From: Christensenella sp. UBA7102
GTDB taxonomy: Bacteria > Bacillota > Clostridia > Christensenellales > UBA1750
Direction of reading: 5' to 3'
DNA length: 64,000 bases
Assembly (NCBI GenBank): GCA_002492415.1
Contig: DKYK01000038.1
Coordinates: 47,028-111,027, forward strand
Shown here: positions 26,836 to 34,916 of the stretch, piece after piece
How the letters are laid out: every line of letters begins with the position of its first letter
Numbering within the stretch: the stretch's first letter is position 1
Position numbers and translations under genes: made by a program
Notes under the pieces: generated by a model
Databases searched by the model: none
Seen by the model: the letters and a program-made list of their open reading frames with translations, nothing else
Told to the model about the DNA's origin: nothing

Positions 26836-26874
26836 AACGCCCCGCGCAGTTTCTCTGCAGCGGGGCGTTTTTTG
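26836..26874 (+). terminator. rho-independent terminator after the sugar-isomerase operon
   Basis: A 10-bp stem (AACGCCCCGC / GCGGGGCGTT) runs into a T6 tract. Confidence 0.75.
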
Positions 26875-26892
26875 TCTCTCTCCGCATCCTGT

Positions 26893-26910
26893 TAAGGATT
26901 CATAAGGATT
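26893..26910 (+). repeat. direct repeat TAAGGATT-N2-TAAGGATT (10-nt period) upstream of the DUF1538 gene
   Basis: The copies are at 26893-26900 and 26903-26910. The first overlaps a short inverted repeat (ATCCT-N4-AGGAT). Confidence 0.4.
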
Positions 26911-27009
26911 TTTGGCGTCAAAGGAAACAACTCCCGCCGCGTCGAATAGCTTATTGTATATATTTTATTCCGTTTCACTCTGGTCGTTTGCGGAAGGGAG
27001 CAGGATGCG

Positions 27010-28539
27010 TTGAGTCGAAAAATGAAGGAAAAAATACTGGAGTCACTGGCGGCCGTGCTGCCCGTGACGGCGATCGTGCTGCTGCTGTCCATCACGCTCA
27101 CGCCCATGCCTCTTGCCACCGTCTCGCTCTTCCTCACGGGCGCTGTGCTGCTCGTTCTGGGCATGGGGCTGTTCACCTTGGGTGCGGACATGGCCATGAT
27201 GCCCATCGGCGAAAAGGTGGGCGCGCAGCTGACGCACACCAAGCGTCTGGGGTTGATTGCGCTGAGCTGCTTTGTTATCGGCGTCATCATCACCATGGCC
27301 GAGCCCGATCTGTCCGTGCTGGCCAATCAAACCCCCGGCGTGCCCAATCTGGTGCTGATTCTGTGCGTGGCCGTGGGCGTCGGGCTATTTCTGGTGCTGG
27401 CCTTTCTGCGCAGTCTGTTTGGATGGGATTTGAGCCGTATCCTGATTGTGTGCTATGCCGCGGTGTTCCTGATCGCGTTCTTTGTACCCGGCAGCTTTCT
27501 CGCCGTTGCCTTTGACGCGGGCGGCGTGACCACCGGCCCCATCACGGTGCCCTTCATCATGGCGCTGGGCGTGGGCCTTGCGGCAATAGGCAAATCCGGC
27601 AAGTCCGGTGAGGAGAACAATTTCGGCCTCATCGCGCTCTGTTCGGTGGGTCCTATCCTCTCGGTGCTGATTCTGGGAATGGTCTACGGCGCATCGGGCG
27701 GCAGCTATACGCCGCTGACCATTCCCGAGGTGCCCACCACGCGCGAGCTGTGGCTGCAGTTCCAGCCCGCTTTTCTCCAATACGCCCGGGAGGTCGCCGC
27801 CGCACTCGCTCCCATCCTGCTGTTTTTCCTGATTTTCCAGATCTTTTTTCTCAAGCTGCGCCGCGTGCACCTGCTGCGCATCCTCGTGGGCATCGTCTAT
27901 ACCTTCACAGGGCTTACGCTGTTCCTCACGGGCGTCAACGTAGGCTTCATGCCCGCGGGCTATACGCTGGGCGCGATGCTTGCCGGCTTGGACATCAACT
28001 GGATCCTCGTGCCGCTGGGCATGCTCATCGGTTTCTTCATCGTCAAGGCGGAGCCCGCGGTCGCGGTGCTCAACAAGCAGGTAGAAACCGTCACCGAGGG
28101 CGTCATTTCACAGAAGATGATGATGTCGGGCCTATCAGTAGGCATGGCCATTTCAGTGGGGCTGTCTATGGTGCGCGTGCTGACGGGCTTGCCAGTACTC
28201 TGGCTGCTGATCCCCGGCTATCTGATCGCGCTGGGATTGACCTTCGTGGTGCCCAAAGTGTTTACCTCCATCGCGTTTGACTCGGGAGGCGTCGCTTCCG
28301 GCCCCATGACGGCCACCTTTCTGCTGCCCTTTGCGATGGGCGCCTGCGACGCGGTGGGCGGGAGCATACTGACCGACGCATTCGGCATCGTGGCAATGGT
28401 CGCCATGACGCCGCTGATCATCATACAGCTCATCGGCCTGCTCTATCGCATCCGCACCGCGCACGCGCACGGGCCGCAGCCCGTCTATGAGCAGGAGGAG
28501 ATCATTGAGCTGGATTGGAACGAGGAGGTGTCGGCATAA
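27010..28539 (+). CDS. membrane protein with two DUF1538 repeats (fused pair)
   Basis: An internal duplication is visible: AFDAGGVTTGPITVPFIMALGVG matches AFDSGGVASGPMTATFLLPFAMG, and ITMAEPDLSVLANQ matches IVKAEPAVAVLNKQ. The start is TTG 27010 (10 nt after GGGAG) or ATG 27022. Confidence 0.8.
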   Translation: MSRKMKEKILESLAAVLPVTAIVLLLSITLTPMPLATVSLFLTGAVLLVLGMGLFTLGADMAMMPIGEKVGAQLTHTKRLGLIALSCFVIGVIITMAEPDLSVLANQTPGVPNLVLILCVAVGVGLFLVLAFLRSLFGWDLSRILIVCYAAVFLIAFFVPGSFLAVAFDAGGVTTGPITVPFIMALGVGLAAIGKSGKSGEENNFGLIALCSVGPILSVLILGMVYGASGGSYTPLTIPEVPTTRELWLQFQPAFLQYAREVAAALAPILLFFLIFQIFFLKLRRVHLLRILVGIVYTFTGLTLFLTGVNVGFMPAGYTLGAMLAGLDINWILVPLGMLIGFFIVKAEPAVAVLNKQVETVTEGVISQKMMMSGLSVGMAISVGLSMVRVLTGLPVLWLLIPGYLIALGLTFVVPKVFTSIAFDSGGVASGPMTATFLLPFAMGACDAVGGSILTDAFGIVAMVAMTPLIIIQLIGLLYRIRTAHAHGPQPVYEQEEIIELDWNEEVSA

Positions 28540-29231
28540 TGATAAAACTGCTCATCACCATCGTCGCGCGCGGCCTCGCGCAGGATGTGGCCGACGTGCT
28601 GACCGAGCACGGCCTCACCGTGCAGTACATCACGCAGGGGCGCGGCACCGCCAGCTCCGAGATCCGCCATATGCTGGGCCTGGGCTCCTCGGAAAAGGAT
28701 ATTGTGCTCACCCTCGCGCCGCATTCCCGGCTGCAGCATGCGCTGCCGCAGCTCACCTCGCGGCTCCACCTGCCCAAGGCGGGCCACGGTATCGCGTTTG
28801 CCATTCCGCTGACCAGCATCGCTGCGAACACACTACGTCGGGCCACAGAAACGCTTCCCGATCTACAGGACTCCAAGGAGGACGCGCCCATGCTCAAAGA
28901 ACCCACGCACGATCTCATCCTCGCCGTCGTCGATAGCGAAAATTCCGATCTTGCCTTTGACGCGGCCAAGGAGGCGGGCTGCCGCGGCGGCACCGTGCTC
29001 AAATCCCGCCAAGTCAGTGTCGAGCAGGCGCGCAAGGTGTTCGGCATCACCATCCAGCCGGAAAAAGAGATCCTGATGATCCTCGTGCCCCGGCAGGATA
29101 AGCAGGCCATCCTCAAGGCAATCTGCAATAAGGTGCTGCAGTCCACCGGCGAACATGTCACGGCCTTTGCCCTGCCCGTCACCGACGTCATGGGTCTTAC
29201 CGACTACGATCTGATGAACGAAGGCCGATAA
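28539..29231 (+). CDS. tandem P-II-like (GlnB-fold) protein, two domains fused
   Basis: The ATG overlaps the upstream stop (TAATG). Two beta-alpha-beta halves are visible: MIKLLITIVARGLAQDVADVLTEHGLTVQYITQGRG... and HDLILAVVDSENSDLAFDAAKEAGCRGGTVLKSR... Confidence 0.75.
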   Translation: MIKLLITIVARGLAQDVADVLTEHGLTVQYITQGRGTASSEIRHMLGLGSSEKDIVLTLAPHSRLQHALPQLTSRLHLPKAGHGIAFAIPLTSIAANTLRRATETLPDLQDSKEDAPMLKEPTHDLILAVVDSENSDLAFDAAKEAGCRGGTVLKSRQVSVEQARKVFGITIQPEKEILMILVPRQDKQAILKAICNKVLQSTGEHVTAFALPVTDVMGLTDYDLMNEGR

Positions 29232-29235
29232 ACTG

Positions 29236-29278
29236 GGGGCTGTCTCCTGCCGAGCGGGAGACAGCCCCTTATTCTGTT
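29236..29278. terminator. hairpin between convergent genes
   Basis: Perfect 12-bp stem (GGGGCTGTCTCC / GGAGACAGCCCC), then TTATTCTGTT. Confidence 0.65.
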
Positions 29279-29288
29279 CCGAGAGAGG

Positions 29289-29831
29289 TCACTCGCGCAG
29301 CTGCCGCTCTTTTTCCAGCGCCACGCGCATCGCGCCAACGCGGTACAATCCATAGCCCATCATTGCCGTCACAGCAGCGACAAACGCTGCGCACCACAGT
29401 AGCCCGCTGTACCCGTTGCGAATGTAGTTCGTCACCTGCAGAGGGAGGTTGCATATATTACATACCGCCAGCGGCAGCAGCAGCGCCTGAATGCGCTTGA
29501 CATGACGGATGCGCGAATCCAGGTCGGAATACAGATTAAAAGCTCCCTCCGATACGTCCTTGCGGAAGTATGCCCAGCGCATCACATGCCCGACGTACTG
29601 CGCGCCTGTTTCCTCCACAAAGCCGATATACTGCAGCCCCTCGGCGCTGGACGGCATCGCGTCAAGCATCTCAAGCCGAATCGCACAGCTGCCCGGCTCG
29701 CATGACTCGAATTCGTACCGACAATAGGATACGCTCACCAGCGCCCAGCCCTGCGCGGCCATGCTGTTGAGCCACCTCTCTTCCTTCTCAAAGTCCCACA
29801 CCCAGAACCATTTGTATTTCGTCTTCCTCAT
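29289..29831 (-). CDS. DUF2812 domain-containing membrane protein
   Basis: MRKTKYKWFWVWDFEKEERWLNSMAAQGWAL is a typical DUF2812 N-terminus, with 2 C-terminal TM segments. The start overlaps the PadR stop by 4 nt. Confidence 0.75.
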   Translation of the reverse strand: MRKTKYKWFWVWDFEKEERWLNSMAAQGWALVSVSYCRYEFESCEPGSCAIRLEMLDAMPSSAEGLQYIGFVEETGAQYVGHVMRWAYFRKDVSEGAFNLYSDLDSRIRHVKRIQALLLPLAVCNICNLPLQVTNYIRNGYSGLLWCAAFVAAVTAMMGYGLYRVGAMRVALEKERQLRE

Positions 29832-30190
29832 TCTTTTCGCCTCCCTAGCACGCACCGTCCGTTTTCCACCAGCTCCTCCAGCCGGCGCAGGTCCGCCTCC
29901 AGCACGACACGGCCTTCTTCCGTCAGTACATATTCCTTCCTGCGGCCCTCTTGCGCACCCGCGCTGCGAATCCAGCCCTTCTCCTGCAGGCTGTTCAGCG
30001 CGCCGTACAGCGTACCCGCCGCCATGCGCAGCCGTCCGGCCGTCATCTCATCCACCCGTTGCATGATGCCGTATCCATGCAGCGGTCGCGTCAGTGCCAG
30101 CAGAATATAGTACACACCCTCTGTCAGCACAATGTTTTCCTGTTCCGCCACGTCTTTCCTCCCTTCCATCGTCGAACGATATATCGTCAT
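29828..30190 (-). CDS. PadR family transcriptional regulator
   Basis: The winged HTH is YYILLALTRPLHGYGIMQRV...GTLYGALNSLQEKGWI. The start is uncertain (30190 or 30169). Confidence 0.85.
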   Translation of the reverse strand: MTIYRSTMEGRKDVAEQENIVLTEGVYYILLALTRPLHGYGIMQRVDEMTAGRLRMAAGTLYGALNSLQEKGWIRSAGAQEGRRKEYVLTEEGRVVLEADLRRLEELVENGRCVLGRRKE

Positions 30191-30209
30191 TCGTTATATC
30201 GTTCGACGA
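30169..30209 (-). promoter_or_regulatory. operator-like perfect 15-bp inverted repeat (TCGTCGAACGATATA-N11-TATATCGTTCGACGA)
   Basis: The arms are at 30169-30183 and 30195-30209. The repeat overlaps the predicted transcription start and both candidate PadR start codons. Confidence 0.5.
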
Positions 30210-30211
30210 AT

Positions 30212-30240
30212 ATTATATCGCAGTCCGATACTCCTGTCAA
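30212..30240 (-). promoter_or_regulatory. consensus SigA promoter, TTGACA-17-TATAAT, for padR-DUF2812
   Basis: Both hexamers are perfect and the spacer is 17 nt. It lies immediately upstream of the inverted repeat. Confidence 0.65.
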
Positions 30241-30264
30241 TTCTTTTTCGCACGAAAAAGAAAA

Positions 30265-30290
30265 ATCCCCCCGTCCCGGGAGGGATTTTT
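30265..30290 (-). terminator. modest terminator after the response-regulator gene
   Basis: An imperfect stem (ATCCCTCC / GGGGGGAT) is flanked by A5 and T5 runs. Confidence 0.45.
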
Positions 30291-30298
30291 CTCTCTTC

Positions 30299-30973
30299 TC
30301 AGCCCTCAAACCGATACCCCACGCCCCGCATGGTAACAATCTGCCGTGCATAGGGGCCCAGACGCCGCCGCAGCAGCTTGATATGGGTATCCAACGTGCG
30401 TTCGTCGCCGGAAAAACCCGGCCCCCATACCTCGCCCAGCAACTGCTGGCGGGTCAGCGCCACATTGCGGTTGCGTACCAAGTAGAACAGCAGGTCGTAC
30501 TCCTTGGGCGACAAATCGATGCGCTTGCCCTCTATGCTCACCTTGCGCGCGGTAAAATCCACAACCAGCGCCCCGCAGGCATATGTATCCACAGGCGCAT
30601 TCTCGCTGTCCTGCTCCACGCGCTTGCGGATGGCGGCGGCGCGCATCATCAACTCGCGCGGGCTAAAGGGCTTGGGCACAAAATCATCCGCACCCAGTGA
30701 AAAGCAGCGCAGCCGGTCATGCTCTTCGGCCATCGCTGAGCAAACGATGATGGGCGCACTGCTGAACGTGCGAATGGTCCGAATGGCCTCAAACCCATCC
30801 ATTTCCGGCATCAGCAGGTCCATCACCACCAGGTCAAACGCCGTCTGCCGGCACTGCGCCACCGCCTGCGCGCCATCCTGTGCCTCCGTCACCACATATC
30901 CCTCATATTCCGCATATTTGCGTATGTATTCCCGTATGCCCGTCTCATCGTCCACGATCAGCATCCTTGGCAT
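30299..30973 (-). CDS. OmpR-family response regulator (no adjacent histidine kinase)
   Basis: The receiver domain (LIVDDE...VVMDLLMPEMDG...KPF) is joined to a winged-helix output domain (LSPKEYDLLFYL...TLDTHIKLLRRRL...RGVGYRF). Confidence 0.9.
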   Translation of the reverse strand: MPRMLIVDDETGIREYIRKYAEYEGYVVTEAQDGAQAVAQCRQTAFDLVVMDLLMPEMDGFEAIRTIRTFSSAPIIVCSAMAEEHDRLRCFSLGADDFVPKPFSPRELMMRAAAIRKRVEQDSENAPVDTYACGALVVDFTARKVSIEGKRIDLSPKEYDLLFYLVRNRNVALTRQQLLGEVWGPGFSGDERTLDTHIKLLRRRLGPYARQIVTMRGVGYRFEG

Positions 30974-31065
30974 CTTGCGCTTTCCCCCCTATTTCTCTTT
31001 TCTTTCATTATGGATGCAGAACTTGTACAATCTATGAACGCGGCGAAACAAACTTGTTTCAACCC

Positions 31066-31102
31066 TAAACAATAACACCCTCTCCGCACAATAGAGAGGG
31101 TG
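31066..31102 (-). terminator. terminator after the AAC(3)-like gene
   Basis: A 9-bp stem (CACCCTCTC / GAGAGGGTG), then TTATTGTTT on the minus strand. Confidence 0.55.
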
Positions 31103-31133
31103 TATGTGATGAATATGTGTCTTCTTTTGTCAA

Positions 31134-31883
31134 TTACTTCCGGAACATTCCAAAAATTTGCGGGTCGCGCGCAAGGATCTTCAACAATTCGTCCGCAGAC
31201 TTTCTTGCAGAGAGCAGGCGCACAGTCGCGTCGCCCAGGCGGTGCAGCGTCATCGCGCCGCAGCGCAGCATATCGCTCTCCACCTTGGGGAACAGCTGGG
31301 AAGAATCGGCGCAATGCGGGTAATACCCATGAATGATGCGCGGTCCCTCCGGCGGGATCACCACATAGCGGTTGGGATGCTCCATGTCCACGCGCCCAGG
31401 GACATTTGCCCACTCCTCCACACCATGGAAATAGGTCATGCGGTTAAGCTCCACGCCCACCAGCATCACGTAGGCGTCGCGGTCGTACAGCCGTCCCCAC
31501 GCGGACTCGCGCGCGCATGGCGTCAGGCACTCCTCGTCGCCGCGCAGGAATTCCCACGCGTCCGCGCCATAGGCCGCGATGGAGTGCGTGGGGTGCCAGG
31601 AACGCACCACACCCTCCCGCTTGCGGAACAGCTCGGTTAAAATCCCCACATTGGAGGGCGTCTCCAGCACGTCGTAGACGGGCTGTTTCTTGCCCACCAG
31701 CGCCCAGGTGTGCGTGGGCAGCGCCACCAGGCCGTCCGAAAAATACGCACACAGCGCGTCCAGCAGCGTATCGCCGCCGTTTTCCATCGGCCCCAGGCTC
31801 TTGCACGAGGAGTGCATCAGCACCGTGGCGTTTGCGGGCAGCATGTCCCGCAGCTGCCCGATGAGATGATCCCTGGTGTACAT
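31134..31883 (-). CDS. AAC(3)-family aminoglycoside N-acetyltransferase-like protein
   Basis: VLMHSSCKSLG..GGDTLLDAL...LPTHTW...WHPTHS fit the AAC(3) fold family. The gene lies 3 nt after the upstream SDR gene. Confidence 0.8.
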   Translation of the reverse strand: MYTRDHLIGQLRDMLPANATVLMHSSCKSLGPMENGGDTLLDALCAYFSDGLVALPTHTWALVGKKQPVYDVLETPSNVGILTELFRKREGVVRSWHPTHSIAAYGADAWEFLRGDEECLTPCARESAWGRLYDRDAYVMLVGVELNRMTYFHGVEEWANVPGRVDMEHPNRYVVIPPEGPRIIHGYYPHCADSSQLFPKVESDMLRCGAMTLHRLGDATVRLLSARKSADELLKILARDPQIFGMFRK

Positions 31884-31886
31884 GCG

Positions 31887-32738
31887 TTACTCCTTCTCGG
31901 CGTTCTCCTTGATCATGGCCATCGCCTTTTCGTACTGGTCCTTCTTCCACTCCTCACGCACCCACGGAATCTTGTCGTGGCCCTCGAGCATGCCGGGCAG
32001 GATCAGGCCGCCGTCCACGCGCACGGTGATGCCGGTGATGTAAGAAGCGTTTTCACTGGCCAGGAAGGCCACCACTTCGCCGTTCTCGCGGGGGGTGCCC
32101 ACGCGGTGCAGCGGGATGGACTCTGCCACAAAGGGCGACTTGACCAGGTCCTCGCGGCCGGGCCGGGGCGTCCAGGTGGCGCCGGGCGCAACGCAGTTGA
32201 CACGGATATTATAGGCGGACAGGTCCAGCGCCATGGACTCGGTGGCGCGCTTGACGCAGGCCTTGAAGCCGCCGTAGAGATAATCGTCCGGATAAGCCAT
32301 TTCCGCGCGGGAGGAGGTGATGAAGATGATGTTGCCCTCAATCTTGTCGGCGACCATGTGCCGCGCGGCAGCGCCTGCGCACAGCATGTAGTTGCGGAAG
32401 TTGACGGTGTAGACCTCGTCCACGTTCTCGGGCGTGATGGTCAGAATGGAGCCGCGGAAACCGCCGTTGCCCGCGTTGCACACCATCAGGTCCAGACGTC
32501 CGCCCAGATCCTTGTGCGCCTGATCAACGATGCGCTGAGGCACCTCGGCCTTTTCCAGGCTGGCCTGGTAGATGAAGCACTTGCGGCCCAGGGCCTCGAT
32601 CTGCTTCTGCGTATCTTCCGCACCCTCTCTGCGGCTGTTGTAGGTGATGGCAACGTCATAGCCGTGCTCCGCCAGCACGATGGCAATGCCCTGACCGATG
32701 TTGTGGCTTCCGCCCGTGACCAAAGCTGTCTTGTTCAT
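31887..32738 (-). CDS. SDR family oxidoreductase
   Basis: The product has TGGSHNIGQGIA, NAG and a Y-x-x-x-K region. TAGGAGGG precedes the ATG. Confidence 0.9.
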   Translation of the reverse strand: MNKTALVTGGSHNIGQGIAIVLAEHGYDVAITYNSRREGAEDTQKQIEALGRKCFIYQASLEKAEVPQRIVDQAHKDLGGRLDLMVCNAGNGGFRGSILTITPENVDEVYTVNFRNYMLCAGAAARHMVADKIEGNIIFITSSRAEMAYPDDYLYGGFKACVKRATESMALDLSAYNIRVNCVAPGATWTPRPGREDLVKSPFVAESIPLHRVGTPRENGEVVAFLASENASYITGITVRVDGGLILPGMLEGHDKIPWVREEWKKDQYEKAMAMIKENAEKE

Positions 32739-32792
32739 GTGAAAACCCTCCTAAATAGATGTGCAAAATTGTCTATGGTTCTGCTTAATCAA

Positions 32793-32820
32793 AGTATAAC
32801 ACAAACCTTTCTATTGTCAA
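32793..32820 (-). promoter_or_regulatory. SigA-type promoter, TTGACA-16-TATACT with a TG extension, for the SDR/AAC(3) pair
   Basis: It was read on the minus strand in the divergent region. Confidence 0.55.
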
Positions 32821-32860
32821 TATCATGCTTTTATAGGATTTCAGTGTATAAGGATTCTAG

Positions 32861-32890
32861 TTGAATTTCCCACGGCAGATGCTGTATAAT
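32861..32890 (+). promoter_or_regulatory. SigA-type promoter, TTGAAT-18-TATAAT, for the lactonase gene
   Basis: It was read directly, about 45 nt upstream of the ATG at 32935. Confidence 0.55.
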
Positions 32891-32934
32891 AAATGCAGAA
32901 AGACCCACGCAACGGCATAAGGAGGCACACCACT

Positions 32935-33981
32935 ATGGCAAAAATCATGGCCTATATCGGCACCTATTCCAAGGGCGAACACGGCGGCATCTTCCGCGCG
33001 CTCGTGGACGATGAGGCGGGTACGCTGGAGATCATCGATACCACGGATGTTGAAAACCCTTCGCACCTGGCCCTCTCCCCCGACGGCAAATTCCTCTACG
33101 CCGCGTCCGAGACCGGTGAGTTTCGCGGGCGCAACGGCGGCGCGGTAGCAGCCTGCGCAGTGGCGCCCGACGGCGCGCTGTCTCTGCTCAACCTGGCGGG
33201 CACACAGGGCAAACATCCCTGCTATGCCGCCGTTTCCCCCGATGGCAAATTCGTCTACGCGGCCAACTATTCCGAGGGCACGGCAACTGTATTTGCCACA
33301 GAAAACGGCGCGCTCAAAGAGGATCCCATGGTGGTCGTCCATCAAGGCAAGGGGGCCAATCCCAAGCGTCAGGAGAAGCCGCATGTCCACATCACTCGCG
33401 TCACGCCTGACGGCAAGTATCTGGCCGTGTGCGATCTGGGCATCGACGCGGTGGTGCTCTATCCGCTGTGCGCTGCCTGCGGCCTGAATAAAAACACAGG
33501 CTCCTTCGTGCGCACGCCTGATGGCGACGGTCCCCGTCACATCGAATTTTCTCCCGATGGTAAGTTCGCCTATGTCGTGACCGAGATGGGCTGCACCGTG
33601 CGCGCCTACGCCTACGAGGACGGCCGTCTCACCTTCCTGTCCGCCACGCCCACGCTGCCCGCAGATTTTGACGGCTTCAACATCGACGCCGCCATCCACT
33701 TCGCGCCCGACGGCAAGACGCTGGTCGTCTCCAATCGCGGTCACGACAGCCTGGCGCTGTTCGACGCAGACGGCGGCACGCTCACGCTCAAGCAGATTGT
33801 CAAGGTAGGCGGCAAGACTCCGCGCGAGTTCGCCTACACGCCCAACGGCAAGTTCGTGTTTGTCTGCAACCAGGATTCCGCGGACATCACTGTGCTGCGC
33901 GCCTGCCCCGAGACCGGCGAGCTCACCCTCACCGATGCAAAATACGACCTTCCCAAGCCCGTCAGCCTCATCTGGCGTTAA
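32935..33981 (+). CDS. beta-propeller lactonase (6-phosphogluconolactonase-like)
   Basis: YIGTYS..GIF is followed by a repeated SPDGKF[LVA]Y motif. The start MAKIMAY follows AAGGAGG. Confidence 0.85.
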   Translation: MAKIMAYIGTYSKGEHGGIFRALVDDEAGTLEIIDTTDVENPSHLALSPDGKFLYAASETGEFRGRNGGAVAACAVAPDGALSLLNLAGTQGKHPCYAAVSPDGKFVYAANYSEGTATVFATENGALKEDPMVVVHQGKGANPKRQEKPHVHITRVTPDGKYLAVCDLGIDAVVLYPLCAACGLNKNTGSFVRTPDGDGPRHIEFSPDGKFAYVVTEMGCTVRAYAYEDGRLTFLSATPTLPADFDGFNIDAAIHFAPDGKTLVVSNRGHDSLALFDADGGTLTLKQIVKVGGKTPREFAYTPNGKFVFVCNQDSADITVLRACPETGELTLTDAKYDLPKPVSLIWR

Positions 33982-34005
33982 GCCGCTTGGCCGCTTGCCC
34001 AGGAT

Positions 34006-34060
34006 ATAGGCCCCTGTCTGCAAGGCCGTTTCGTCGCGCAGACAGGGGCCTATGCTTTCC
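34006..34060 (+). terminator. strong hairpin after the lactonase gene
   Basis: Perfect 16-bp stem (ATAGGCCCCTGTCTGC / GCAGACAGGGGCCTAT). The T-tract is weak. Confidence 0.6.
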
Positions 34061-34302
34061 ATGCCCTAACTTTTTTTCGGAATCGTGTATCCATGGGATC
34101 AATCTGGTAATACGGATAACATTCGTTGCAAGCGGGTGCAGCAACCTCCTGTGAAAAATAGGCGCAGCAGCCTGAGCACAAGAATTATGAAGAAAACTAT
34201 ATCAAGATGTCAAACAACAGGCAGAATCTTTTTAAGTACACAGGAAAATTCGCAAAGACGCATCTTCCTACAACCGCAACTCGGCTGAGCAAAGCATTGA
34301 TC

Positions 34303-34332
34303 TTGACGGACAGGCCATTGAAGTGCTATGAT
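34303..34332 (+). promoter_or_regulatory. SigA-type promoter, TTGACG-18-TATGAT, for the GNAT gene in the lower-G+C islet
   Basis: It was read directly and implies a leader of about 100 nt. Confidence 0.45.
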
Positions 34333-34441
34333 CAGCTACTGTATCGAAGCAGGCAAACAGTGGTGGCGCAGATCAGTACGTAAATCAAAAGCTTTCGGTG
34401 GAATCGATTTCCAAATCCAAATTTGCAGGAGGTATTTTGTC

Positions 34442-34888
34442 ATGAAAGTATTACGGGGAACGGCATCTGATATAGAGCCCTGGATGGAATTGGTCCGGCG
34501 CGTAAGCTGGAATTTTCCCGGGCTGGAAACCGAGGAGAGCATAGCGGAGCACGCGCAGACCGTATTGGGGTTTATGAGTAAGAGACAAGCGTTGTGCGTA
34601 AAATGCGGCAGTAGGATTGCAGGCGTAATCCTGTTTTCCCGAAGTCATAATATGATCTGCTGCCTGGCCGTAGCGCCGGAATACAGGCAGCGCGGCATCG
34701 GTTCGCTTCTTCTGAAAGAAGCGCTTGATGAATTGGACAGAAGCAAGGAGATTTCCGTATCAACATTTCGCGAAAATGATGAAAAGGGAGCGGCTCCAAG
34801 AGCGTTGTACAAAAAATTCGGGTTTCAAGAAGCCGAACTCATCGAGGAGTTCGGCTATCCAAACCAAAGATTCATTCTGTATCCCTGA
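34442..34888 (+). CDS. GNAT family N-acetyltransferase (in a lower-G+C islet)
   Basis: The product has YRQRGIGSLLLKEAL and YKKFGF. The start follows GCAGGAGG. Confidence 0.8.
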   Translation: MKVLRGTASDIEPWMELVRRVSWNFPGLETEESIAEHAQTVLGFMSKRQALCVKCGSRIAGVILFSRSHNMICCLAVAPEYRQRGIGSLLLKEALDELDRSKEISVSTFRENDEKGAAPRALYKKFGFQEAELIEEFGYPNQRFILYP

Positions 34889-34916
34889 AAGGTTCTCCCC
34901 TGCTTGGGGACAATCC

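Noticed and set aside
34085-34288. 67-aa ORF in the lower-G+C insert
   Set aside because: It has no RBS, and its translation is basic, low-complexity and without recognisable features. It may be a remnant but cannot be supported as a gene.
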